In this document: positions 18,886 to 27,859 of the stretch, one piece after another
Numbering within the stretch: the stretch's first letter is position 1
How the letters are laid out: each line of letters begins with the position of its first letter
Assembly: GCA_029553475.1 (NCBI GenBank)
Contig: JAKPKV010000166.1
Span: forward strand, 3,520 to 67,519
DNA: 64,000 nucleotides
Source: Armatimonadota bacterium
Lineage (GTDB): Bacteria > Armatimonadota > Hebobacteria > CAIYQO01
Direction: 5' to 3'
Notes under the pieces: generated by a model
What the model was told of the DNA's origin: nothing
The model's input: only the letters and a program-made list of their open reading frames with translations
Database searches by the model: none
Translations under genes and position numbers: made by a program

Positions 18886-20109
18886 CTACGACCCCAAGAG
18901 ATTGATCGAGTAGATCGGCAGCAGCATGGCGAGGATGATGCCGCCCATGATGGCGCCGACCGTGATGATGATCACCGGCTCCAGCAGGGAGACCAGCCCT
19001 TTCAGCGAGGTTTCCACCTCGATGTCGTAGGTATTGGCGACGGTGTGCAGCATGCTGCGCAGGTCGCCGGTCTCCTCGCCGATGCCGATCATGTGCGTGA
19101 GGAAGCCCGGAAAGACCCCCGTCTGCCGCAAGCGCTCGGCGAAGCGCTCGCCCTCGCGCATCCCCTCGCGGGCGTCGTCGGTGGCGCGGGCGAGGATGTC
19201 GTTGTCCAGCACGTCGCGCACCACGCTCAGCGTCTCCAGGAGCGGCACCCCGCCCTGCATGAGGGTGGCGGTGGTGCGCGCGAAGCGCGACATGGCCGCT
19301 TTGCGCATCAGCGGGCCGAAGAGCGGCGCGCGCAGGCGCAGCCGATCCACGGCCAGCCGCCCGCCGGGGGTGCGCGCGTAGCGCCGGAACCCGACCACAA
19401 GCAGCGCGATGCCCAGCGCGATGGCCCAGCCCCAGCGTCCGAGGAAGCTGGAGGTGTGGAGCAGGATGAGCGTGGGCAGCGGCAGCGCCTGGCCGAATTC
19501 GTCAAACATGGTGGCGAAGCGGGGCACTACCAGCGTCACCAGCAGGATGATGGCCAGCGCGCCGGCGATGACCAGCAGCGTGGGATACATCAGCGCGCCG
19601 CGAATCTGCATCCGGCGCGCCTGCTCCTGCTCCTGGTAGTCGGCCAGCCAGTTGAGCACGGTGGAGAGCTGGCCGCTGGCCTCGCCCGCCTTCACCATGT
19701 TCACGAAGAGCGGGGGGAAGACGTCGCGATGCGCGCCCAGCGCTTCCCACAGCGTGCTGCCGGCGTGCACGTCCTGCTGCATCTCGCCCAGCACGGCGCG
19801 CAGGCGCGGGTGCTCCGTGTGCGCGGTGAGCGCGGCGAACGCCGACATCAGCGGCACGCCCCCGGCTACCAGGTTCGCCAACTGCCGGGTGAGCACCGCC
19901 ACGTCCGCCGCCATGTTGCGCCGGCCGAACAGGCTGCCGCCGGTGCGCGCGGGCGCCGCCGTCTTCGCCTTCGCCGGCTCCACCGCCGTCGGGAAGATGG
20001 CGCGCGCTTTCAGCAGCGCGGCGGCGTTCGCCGCGTCTTCCGCGACGACCTCCCCGCTGATGGTCTTGCCGTCCTGATCTAGTCCTGTATAGACGTAGGT
20101 GGTGGGCAT
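18886..20109 (-). CDS. gspF: Type II secretion inner-membrane protein GspF
   Basis: TRQLANLVAGGVPL, AGEASGQL, ALMYP, IGEETGDL, LLEP motifs. Confidence 0.95.
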   Translation of the reverse strand: MPTTYVYTGLDQDGKTISGEVVAEDAANAAALLKARAIFPTAVEPAKAKTAAPARTGGSLFGRRNMAADVAVLTRQLANLVAGGVPLMSAFAALTAHTEHPRLRAVLGEMQQDVHAGSTLWEALGAHRDVFPPLFVNMVKAGEASGQLSTVLNWLADYQEQEQARRMQIRGALMYPTLLVIAGALAIILLVTLVVPRFATMFDEFGQALPLPTLILLHTSSFLGRWGWAIALGIALLVVGFRRYARTPGGRLAVDRLRLRAPLFGPLMRKAAMSRFARTTATLMQGGVPLLETLSVVRDVLDNDILARATDDAREGMREGERFAERLRQTGVFPGFLTHMIGIGEETGDLRSMLHTVANTYDIEVETSLKGLVSLLEPVIIITVGAIMGGIILAMLLPIYSINLLGS

Positions 20110-20121
20110 ACGATAACTTTC

Positions 20122-20253
20122 ACCCGGACCCCTCCCCCCAACCCCCTCCCCGAACCGGGTGAGGGGGAGTGATCGCATACTATTCCGTATTATTCTTCAT
20201 GATCTTCACCCCTCACCCGGTTCGGGGAGGGGGTTGGGGGGAGGGGTCCGGGT
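20122..20253. repeat. REPIN-like element: perfect 45-bp inverted repeat around a more AT-rich spacer
   Basis: 20122-20166 is the exact reverse complement of 20209-20253. Confidence 0.9.
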
Positions 20254-20267
20254 ACCGGAAACCCCTC

Positions 20268-21953
20268 TCACTCCACCGGCTCGATATCATCCTGCCGGGT
20301 GACGCGCACCACCTCTTCCAGCGTGGTGACGCCGAGCAGCACTTTCCGCCAGCCGTCTTCGCGCAGGGTGCGCATGCCGTGCTGGCAGGCGACGGCGCGG
20401 ATGACGGCGGCGGGGGCGCGGTCCATGATGAGCGGGCGGATGGCATTGTCCATCACCAGCAGCTCGTAGATGCCGGTGCGCCCGCGATAGCCGCTGTGTT
20501 TGCACTGCTCGCAGCCGCGGCCCATATAGAGCAGGTCGCTGTCGCCCAGCGGGAACTCGCTGTCCGCCAGCTCGATGCGCTGCGTCTCCATATCCGCGCG
20601 CGGCGCCCGACAATTCGGACAGATGGTGCGCACCAGCCGCTGGGCGACCACCGCCTCCACCGACGACGCGACGAGATACGGCTCGATGCCCATCTCCAGC
20701 AGGCGGGTGACGGCGCTGGCCGCGTCATTGGTGTGCAGCGTGCTGAAGACCAGGTGGCCGGTGAGCGCCGAGTGCACGGCGATCTCCGCCGTCTCGCCGT
20801 CGCGAATTTCCCCCACCATGATCACGTCCGGGTCCTGGCGCAGGATGGAGCGCAGCCCGGCGGAGAAGGTGAGGCCGATCTGCGGATGCACCTGGATCTG
20901 GTTCACGCCGTGCAGTTGATATTCGATGGGGTCCTCGATGGTGAGGATCTTCTTCTCCGTCGAGTAGGCGGCGGTGAGGGACGCGTACAGCGTGGTGGTC
21001 TTCCCGGAGCCCGTCGGCCCGGTGGCGAGCACCATGCCGTGCGGCAGCGTGATGAGCTGCTCGATCTTCCGATAGGTGTCCGGCAGCATGCCGATATCGG
21101 CGAGGCTGTAATTCATCGCGCTGCGGTCGAGCAGGCGCAGCACCACGCTCTCGCCGTAGAGGGTGGGCACGGTGGAGACGCGGATGTCAATCTCGCGGCC
21201 GGCGATGCGCGTCTTGATGCGCCCGTCCTGCGGCTTGCGCCGTTCGGCGATGTCGAGACTCGCCATGATCTTCAGCCGGGAGATGATGGCGGCCTGCAGG
21301 CGCTTCGGCGGCGCGGGCACCTCGTGCAGGATGCCGTCAATGCGATAGCGCACCTGCATCCCCTTCTCAAAGGGTTCCACGTGCACGTCGCTGGCGCGCT
21401 CCTGCACCGCCTGGCGCAGGATGAGGTTCACCAGCTTGACGACGGTCGCCTCGCGCGCCATCGTCTCCAGGTCGCCGATCTCATCGCTGCTCTCGTCGAG
21501 CACCTGCACGTCGTCATCGGCGGTATCGGCGATCATGCGACGGGTGTAGTGCTCCTCCACCAGCCGGCGCACGTCCAGCGGGTTGGCGTAGACCAGCTCC
21601 ACGTCGCGGCCCGTCACCAGGCGGATATCATCGGCGGCGGCGGTGTTGAAGGGGTCGGCGATGGCCACGCGCAGGGTCACCGGCGTCGCCGACAGCGGCA
21701 GCGCCTGGTGGCGGAACGCCAGCTCGGTGGGGATGAGGGCGATGACGCGCGGGTCCAGCTCGCGCTCGACGAGCGGCACGAGCGGCAGCCCGGCGCGCTC
21801 GGCGACCGCGGCCAGCGCCGTCTCCTGCGTGCAGAAGCCCAGCTCGATGAGAATTTCGTCCAGCGACTGTCCGGTCGCGGTCTGCATCGCCTGCGCGGTG
21901 CGCCACTGGTCGTGACTCAGCAGATGCCTGGTTGTGGCGTGCTCAACGGGCAC
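20268..21953 (-). CDS. gspE: Type II secretion ATPase GspE
   Basis: ASDVHVEP, GPTGSGKTTT Walker A, TIEDPIE, LRQDPDVIMVGEIRD, LHTN, tetracysteine motif. Confidence 0.96.
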   Translation of the reverse strand: MPVEHATTRHLLSHDQWRTAQAMQTATGQSLDEILIELGFCTQETALAAVAERAGLPLVPLVERELDPRVIALIPTELAFRHQALPLSATPVTLRVAIADPFNTAAADDIRLVTGRDVELVYANPLDVRRLVEEHYTRRMIADTADDDVQVLDESSDEIGDLETMAREATVVKLVNLILRQAVQERASDVHVEPFEKGMQVRYRIDGILHEVPAPPKRLQAAIISRLKIMASLDIAERRKPQDGRIKTRIAGREIDIRVSTVPTLYGESVVLRLLDRSAMNYSLADIGMLPDTYRKIEQLITLPHGMVLATGPTGSGKTTTLYASLTAAYSTEKKILTIEDPIEYQLHGVNQIQVHPQIGLTFSAGLRSILRQDPDVIMVGEIRDGETAEIAVHSALTGHLVFSTLHTNDAASAVTRLLEMGIEPYLVASSVEAVVAQRLVRTICPNCRAPRADMETQRIELADSEFPLGDSDLLYMGRGCEQCKHSGYRGRTGIYELLVMDNAIRPLIMDRAPAAVIRAVACQHGMRTLREDGWRKVLLGVTTLEEVVRVTRQDDIEPVE

Positions 21954-22014
21954 TCTCGTTCTCCTGTCGTTCGATCTCGATGCGCCGGTCCGGGGGGAGG
22001 GATCGCCGCGTCGG

Positions 22015-22506
22015 TCATCCGTGTCCGCGTGGCGCGGGATCGGGGGCTCCCGCGGTCTCGACCGCCAGCGCGGTCTGCAGCGCGCGCATCGCCTGGATCA
22101 CCAGGGCGCGGTCGCCGTCACTTAACTGGCCCAGCGCATCCGTGAGCCGGGTGTGCGCCGCCTGCCACATGCTTGCCAGCATCGCCTGGCCCTGCGCGGA
22201 GAGGCGCAGCTCCACCCGGCGACGGTCGCTGAGCGAATAGACGCGCGCGACGAGATCGTGCTTCACCAGCACATCAATCAGCTTCGACGCCGACGCCAGC
22301 GTCAGGTCCAGCTTCTCCGCCAGCGCCGACAGTGACAGCCCGGGATGGCGATGCAGGATGCGCAGGGTACGGAACTGCGGCATGGACAAGCCCGCCACGC
22401 GTCCGTTCGCCCGGCGCATGATGCGCATGAGCAGCGGCATCGTCTCCATCACCAGGCCCGCGCACTCGTCCATGCGCGGCACAGTTAACTCGTCGAATGA
22501 TTTCAT
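22015..22506 (-). CDS. MarR family transcriptional regulator
   Basis: LSMPQFRTL, winged HTH, DRRRV.LRLS motif. Confidence 0.93.
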   Translation of the reverse strand: MKSFDELTVPRMDECAGLVMETMPLLMRIMRRANGRVAGLSMPQFRTLRILHRHPGLSLSALAEKLDLTLASASKLIDVLVKHDLVARVYSLSDRRRVELRLSAQGQAMLASMWQAAHTRLTDALGQLSDGDRALVIQAMRALQTALAVETAGAPDPAPRGHG

Positions 22507-22515
22507 TGGTTAAGT

Positions 22516-22544
22516 ATAATACTCTCCCCCGCACGCCCGGTCAA
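22516..22544 (-). promoter_or_regulatory. Sigma70-type promoter for marR-gsp cluster
   Basis: TTGACC-N17-TATTAT on minus strand, 9 nt before the marR ATG. Confidence 0.65.
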
Positions 22545-22839
22545 GAGGCGACAATCCGGGACAAGCGGGGAGCAGGGCATCCGTACAGTGATACAGACAC
22601 CATGAGCCGGAGAAGGTTGCGGGGGGCCCCGTCCCGGACGCGAAAATCATCAGGATATGCCGCCGGCATCGCGCGGGCCGTGTGTGCGGTCGGCGGGGCA
22701 GGCGGTGATCCCGATCGCGGCGGGACGCGCCCGCGTTGGCGAGGTGCGCGGGCGCGGGCGCGTCGAGCACGCGGACAGGCGCGGTCGCCCACCGCGTAAC
22801 TGGTCAGTCACTTTTCTCGGCGATCATGCAAGAAAGGCC

Positions 22840-22868
22840 TTGACGGTGGGAACAATGGGGCATATATT
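22840..22868 (+). promoter_or_regulatory. Sigma70-type promoter for TPR-CHAT/caspase pair
   Basis: TTGACG-N17-TATATT followed by an AT-rich tract. Confidence 0.7.
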
Positions 22869-22936
22869 AAAGTCATAATTTTTATCTTTTATAAACTGCA
22901 CCGGTGACGCCGCCGTCACGGAGAGCGGAGGACGCG

Positions 22937-25900
22937 ATGCACAATCGTCGGCGAGAGAGGGATACGATTTCCACAGGCTACGGCATGGCCATGCGGGCGG
23001 GACGGGTGGGGTGGCTGCTCCTCCTCCTCTGCGCGCCCCCGCTCTGTGCCGCCGACACGACGCGGGAAGAGATTCACGGCCTGCTCACCGTGCTGCATCC
23101 CGGCGCGGGCGCCGTCCGCGAGGCGGAGATTGACCGCGGCGGCGACGACGGCCTGGTGGTCGGCTGGCGCGGCACGCTCTGGTCGCGCTGGGACAAGGGG
23201 GAGGCCCATGAGCGCCACGTGGCGCCCATCGGTGCCGGCGAGGTCATCAGCCTTACCCCGCGCACCGCGCGTCTCCGCCTGACCCTCACGCAGCCGGAAG
23301 GCGATGGGCTGGCGCGCGTCGGCGACCTGTTTTCCCTCAACGCGCGGGTGCCCGCGCTGCCGAATCGGTCGCTCCTCTGGCGGCTGGCCCGCCTGCACAT
23401 CACGCTGCTGGACGCCGAGAACGCGACGCCGTTCAACGACTACCGCGCGCTCTTTCATGACGAGACGCCGGACGCGACGGCCGCCATCTACGCGGCCATG
23501 CGCGAGGATATCGCCTGGACCGGGAGGGAATTCGCCGACGACGTGATGCCCGACCCCATCACAGGGGGACGGTATGACGGCCAGACGCTGCGCCAGGTGA
23601 TGGAAGGCGCCATGCGCGCCGATCTCGATCACTTCTTCCTCTTCGTCGCCGGGTACCCCGGAAAATACCTGGGCAAATCCTGGAAGCTGAACGAAACCTT
23701 CGCCACCTGGGTCATCAACGGCGCGCCCATCGGGCAGGAGGAGCTGCGGGGTCTGTTGCTGGCGGCGCAGACGCCGGCGGAGCGGACGGCGCTCGTCACC
23801 ACCTACCGCCAGGATATTCAGAATGGGAAGATGATCGCCGACTGGTACAGCGCCGCGCAGACGTTGGCGGCGGCAGGGCAGGCCGACGCCGCGCTCGCGC
23901 TGGCGGACGCGGCGCTGGACGCCGCCCGGCAACTGCGGCGCGCGGACGACGAAAGCTGGTGCCTGTTTGCCCGGGGCTACGTGCTGAGAGAAGCGAAGCG
24001 CTACCCGGATGCGCTGGCGGCGTTTGACACGGCGCTGGCCGCCTTCCGCGCGCGGGAGCAGGACGACGACGCGGCGAAAGGCGTCGCCTTCAGTCTGGCG
24101 CATCGCGGAGATCTCCTCGCCGCCCTCACCCGCTACCAGGAGGCGCTGCCCGTGTACGAGGAGGCGCTGAGAATCCGCCGGCAGACGCCGGCGCTGGCCG
24201 CCACGCAGGGGCACACCTGGTGGGCCATCGGGCACGCGCATTACAACCTGGGCGACTACCGGCAGGCGCTGGCGGCCTACGAGCAGGCGCTGCCGTTCAT
24301 CCGCGCCGGGCAGGATACCGTGAACCTGACGGCGCTGCTGGGCTGGATGGCGAAGGTGTATGCCCGCGTGGGCGACAACGCCGACGCCGAGCGCATGTAT
24401 ATCGAGGCGCTGGCGATCAGTCGCCGCGAGCAGGCGCGCGGCGCGGAGGCGGAGACGCTGGGCACGCTGGCCAGCCACTACTGGGGTATCGGCCGCTATG
24501 CCGATGCGCTGACCCATTACCGGCACGCCCTGGCGCTGCAGCGCGCCCTGGACGCGCCGGCCGAGATCGCCGCCACCCTCACCGGCATCGGCAAGCTGTC
24601 GTGGAACCTGGGGAATTTTCCAGAGGCGCTGGCCGCGCACACGGAGGCGCTGGCCCTGCGCCGGGCGTTGCGTGACCGCGCCGGCGAAGCGGAATCGCTG
24701 CGGGAGATCGGCGACCTGCGCCAGCACAGCGGCGAGTACCCCGCGGCGCTGGAGGCGTATGGCCGCGCGCGGGACATCGCCGTCGCGCTGGGCGACCAGC
24801 GGCTGGACGCGCACATCGCCGTGGCGATTGCCGGCATCCACCAGTATCAGAAGAAATACGCGGACGCGCTGGACGCGTACGACCGCGTGGTGACGGTCTA
24901 CCGCGGGCTGGCGATGAAAGCGGACCTGGCCGCGGCGCTCTCCACCCGGGGAGGGCTGCTGGAGCGCCGGCAACGCCCGGCGGACGCGGAACGCGATTAT
25001 CGGGAAGCGCTGGCCCTGCGCACGGCGATCGGCGCGCGGGCGGATGAAGCGGAGAGCCTGCTGGCGCTCTCCGGCCTGGCCTGGCGCCGGCAGGATTTCC
25101 CCGCGTCGCTGGCGCACCTGCGCGCGGCGCTGGAGATCGCCCGCGCCATCACGGATCGCCTGCTGGAAGCGCGCTGCACCCGGTACCTGGGATTCTATCA
25201 CGAGCAGGCGCTGGAATTTCCGCGGGCGCTGGACGCCTACACGCGCGCGCTGGCGATCTATCGCGATCCGGCGGTGGGCGACGCCACCGGCGAAATCGAG
25301 ACGCTGCTGAACTTGGGCAGCTACGCGCAGACCCTGGGCGATTTCCCGCTGGCCCAGCAGCAGTATCAGGCGGCGCTGGCGCGCGCGGAGCAGGCCACCG
25401 CGCGCCCGCAGCAATCGGGCGCGTTGAGCAGCCTCGGCTGGCTGTACCGAAGCTGGGGGCGGCTGGATGACGCGCTGGCCGCGCAGCAGGACGCGCTGGC
25501 CATCGCGGAAGCGGTGCAGGACGCTTACGCCCGCGCCGCCACCTATCACGCCATCGCCGCCCTCTATTCGGATTTCGGGCAGAATGCCCGCGCGGTGGAA
25601 TACGCCGGCAAAGCGCTGGCGCTGTACCAGGAGGAGCAGCACCGCTACGGCGAAGCGCTCATTGCGAACGCGATGGGCGTGTATTATTATCGCCAGGGCG
25701 ACTACGCCGCGTCCGCCCGCCACCTGCGCGCCGCGCTGGCGCTGGCGGAGCAACTGCAGAGCCACGCGGATATCCTCACCGCGCTCATCAACCTCGGCGA
25801 GCTGGCCATGCGCCAGGATGATTACGCCGGCGCCGCCGAATATCTGCGCCGCGCGCTGCCGCTCAGCGCAGCCTACGGCGGCGGCACCGGCGGCATTGAC

Positions 25901-27859
25901 CTCGGCATCCTGCTGGCGCGCATGCATCGTCTGCAGGCGGAGGCGGCGCCGGCGCAGGCCGCCACGCGTTATCGCGAAGCGGCAACGCACCTGCGAGACG
26001 CGTTAGCGCGCGCGCGGGAACAACAGCTGCCCGCCGCCATCATCGAGGCGCTGCTGGAAGAGGCGCGGCTGGCGGCGGCCCAGGGGCGCCGGACCGAGGC
26101 GCTGCCGCCGCTGGCCGACGCCATCCGCCTCGCCGAGGCACGGAAATTCCGGCATCAGCTCTGGGAGCTGTATTTCGAGCAGGGGCGGCGGCTGCTGGCG
26201 CTGGACCGCCTGCCGGCGGCAGAGGCGGCGCTGCGCAAGGCCATCGCCGTGCTGGATGAGCTGCAGGGCGGGGTGGCCGGCGGGGAGCAAGGCAAGGAAA
26301 CGTTCCTGCGCAGCCGCATCGCCGTGTACGAGACGATGGCGGAGATCCTCGGCGCGCGCAACGCCCAGGAGCAGGATCCCGCCGCCCGCCGCCAGCGGGC
26401 GGAAGAGGCGCTGAGCTACGTCGCGCTGGCGCGCTTCCAGGTGGTCGCCGGCACCGCCGGCGCCGTGGCGGAGACCGGCAACGCCGCGCTCGACGCCGCC
26501 CTGCGCCGCCGCGACGAGGTGGTGCTGCGCCAGGGGCAGCTCGCGAAGGAAGCGCTGGCGGCGCTGGAAGCCGGCAACACCGAGAAAGTGGAACGCCTCG
26601 ACCGCGTGCTCGCGCGCACCGAGGAAGAGCTCGCCGGCGCCTACGCCGACATCAAGGCGCAGGACGCCGACCTGGACGCCCGGCTGAAATTCGACCCCCG
26701 GCGATTGTCCGACGCGGCGCTGGACCTGCCCGCCGGCGCGGTGCTGCTGGTGCTCTTCCCCGGCCGTGACGACCTGCACCTGTGGGTCTACACGCGCGAG
26801 GGATTCACCGCGTGGCGGCAGCGCCCGGTCAGCCGCGCGGACCTGTATGGGCTGGTGAAGGCCTTTCGCGGGGGGATTGACGAGGTGATCAGCCGCGTGG
26901 AGCGCCGCGAGCGGATTGGGCGCGGCTTCGGCCCCGCCGCTGAGGCGAACGACGCCAACCCGTCCTGGTATCGCGAGAATATTGCCGCGATGCGCCGGGC
27001 GCTCGCCGCGCTGTATACCCACCTCATCGGTCCGGTGGACGCGGATCTCGCGCACGCCGGCCCGCTGATCATCCTGCCCTATGGCCAGCTCTGCTACCTG
27101 CCGTTTGAAGCGCTCATCCGCGAGCAAGACGGCGCGATGACCTTCCTCGGCCAGGAGCGCCGGGTCGTCTACCTCACCAGCGAGGACCACCTGCGGGAGA
27201 CGCTGCGCGCGCTGGCGCGGCCGCTGCCGGCGACAGAGGACGCCTGGGTGGCCTTCGCCGACCCGCGCGGACGGCTCGGCTCCTCGCTGGCGGAAGCGAC
27301 GGAGATCGCCGCCTTCTTCCCGACGCATGAGATTCACAGCAACGCCACCGGCACCGCCGGCAAGGACCAGGTGGAGGTATTGCGGGAGGATTGCACTATC
27401 CTGCATTTTGCCACCCACGGCTTCCTCAACGGCGCGCGGCCCAGTCAAACCTACCTGGAGCTGGCGGCGCCGCCGGGCGACGGCATGCTCTCCCAGGCGG
27501 AGATCTGGCCGAAGCTGAAGAACCTGTCGAAGCCGTTCAAGCAGCGGCGCCTGCGGCTGGTGGTGCTCTCCGCCTGCGAGACGGCGCGCGGGCAGGAGGC
27601 GCCGGAGGCGGAAGTGCTGGGCCTGCCCGACGCCTTCACCATGGCCGGGGTGCCGGCGGTGGTCGGCAGCCTCTGGTCCGTGTACACCTATACCACCACC
27701 GATTTCATGGTGGATTTCTATCGCCAGCTCGCGCGCGAGCAACGCGGGAAAGCCGACGCCATGCTCGAGGCGCGGCGGGCGATGATTACGCAGCATGACG
27801 GACGGTATGCCCATCCCTTCTACTGGGCGCCGTTCCTGCTCTTCGGCGATTGGAGGTAA
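22937..27859 (+). CDS. Large TPR-repeat protein with C-terminal CHAT (caspase-fold) protease domain
   Basis: GGAGG RBS; signal-like hydrophobic N-terminus; long array of TPR repeats; LPFEAL, ILHFATHG (His), LVVLSACET (Cys), GSLWSV, HPFYWAPF. Confidence 0.93.
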   Translation: MHNRRRERDTISTGYGMAMRAGRVGWLLLLLCAPPLCAADTTREEIHGLLTVLHPGAGAVREAEIDRGGDDGLVVGWRGTLWSRWDKGEAHERHVAPIGAGEVISLTPRTARLRLTLTQPEGDGLARVGDLFSLNARVPALPNRSLLWRLARLHITLLDAENATPFNDYRALFHDETPDATAAIYAAMREDIAWTGREFADDVMPDPITGGRYDGQTLRQVMEGAMRADLDHFFLFVAGYPGKYLGKSWKLNETFATWVINGAPIGQEELRGLLLAAQTPAERTALVTTYRQDIQNGKMIADWYSAAQTLAAAGQADAALALADAALDAARQLRRADDESWCLFARGYVLREAKRYPDALAAFDTALAAFRAREQDDDAAKGVAFSLAHRGDLLAALTRYQEALPVYEEALRIRRQTPALAATQGHTWWAIGHAHYNLGDYRQALAAYEQALPFIRAGQDTVNLTALLGWMAKVYARVGDNADAERMYIEALAISRREQARGAEAETLGTLASHYWGIGRYADALTHYRHALALQRALDAPAEIAATLTGIGKLSWNLGNFPEALAAHTEALALRRALRDRAGEAESLREIGDLRQHSGEYPAALEAYGRARDIAVALGDQRLDAHIAVAIAGIHQYQKKYADALDAYDRVVTVYRGLAMKADLAAALSTRGGLLERRQRPADAERDYREALALRTAIGARADEAESLLALSGLAWRRQDFPASLAHLRAALEIARAITDRLLEARCTRYLGFYHEQALEFPRALDAYTRALAIYRDPAVGDATGEIETLLNLGSYAQTLGDFPLAQQQYQAALARAEQATARPQQSGALSSLGWLYRSWGRLDDALAAQQDALAIAEAVQDAYARAATYHAIAALYSDFGQNARAVEYAGKALALYQEEQHRYGEALIANAMGVYYYRQGDYAASARHLRAALALAEQLQSHADILTALINLGELAMRQDDYAGAAEYLRRALPLSAAYGGGTGGIDLGILLARMHRLQAEAAPAQAATRYREAATHLRDALARAREQQLPAAIIEALLEEARLAAAQGRRTEALPPLADAIRLAEARKFRHQLWELYFEQGRRLLALDRLPAAEAALRKAIAVLDELQGGVAGGEQGKETFLRSRIAVYETMAEILGARNAQEQDPAARRQRAEEALSYVALARFQVVAGTAGAVAETGNAALDAALRRRDEVVLRQGQLAKEALAALEAGNTEKVERLDRVLARTEEELAGAYADIKAQDADLDARLKFDPRRLSDAALDLPAGAVLLVLFPGRDDLHLWVYTREGFTAWRQRPVSRADLYGLVKAFRGGIDEVISRVERRERIGRGFGPAAEANDANPSWYRENIAAMRRALAALYTHLIGPVDADLAHAGPLIILPYGQLCYLPFEALIREQDGAMTFLGQERRVVYLTSEDHLRETLRALARPLPATEDAWVAFADPRGRLGSSLAEATEIAAFFPTHEIHSNATGTAGKDQVEVLREDCTILHFATHGFLNGARPSQTYLELAAPPGDGMLSQAEIWPKLKNLSKPFKQRRLRLVVLSACETARGQEAPEAEVLGLPDAFTMAGVPAVVGSLWSVYTYTTTDFMVDFYRQLAREQRGKADAMLEARRAMITQHDGRYAHPFYWAPFLLFGDWR

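Noticed and set aside
22937..27859. TPR-CHAT as CRISPR type III-E Csx29
   Set aside because: No Cas7-11, array or csx30/31 nearby; the protein is much larger and has a signal-like N-terminus
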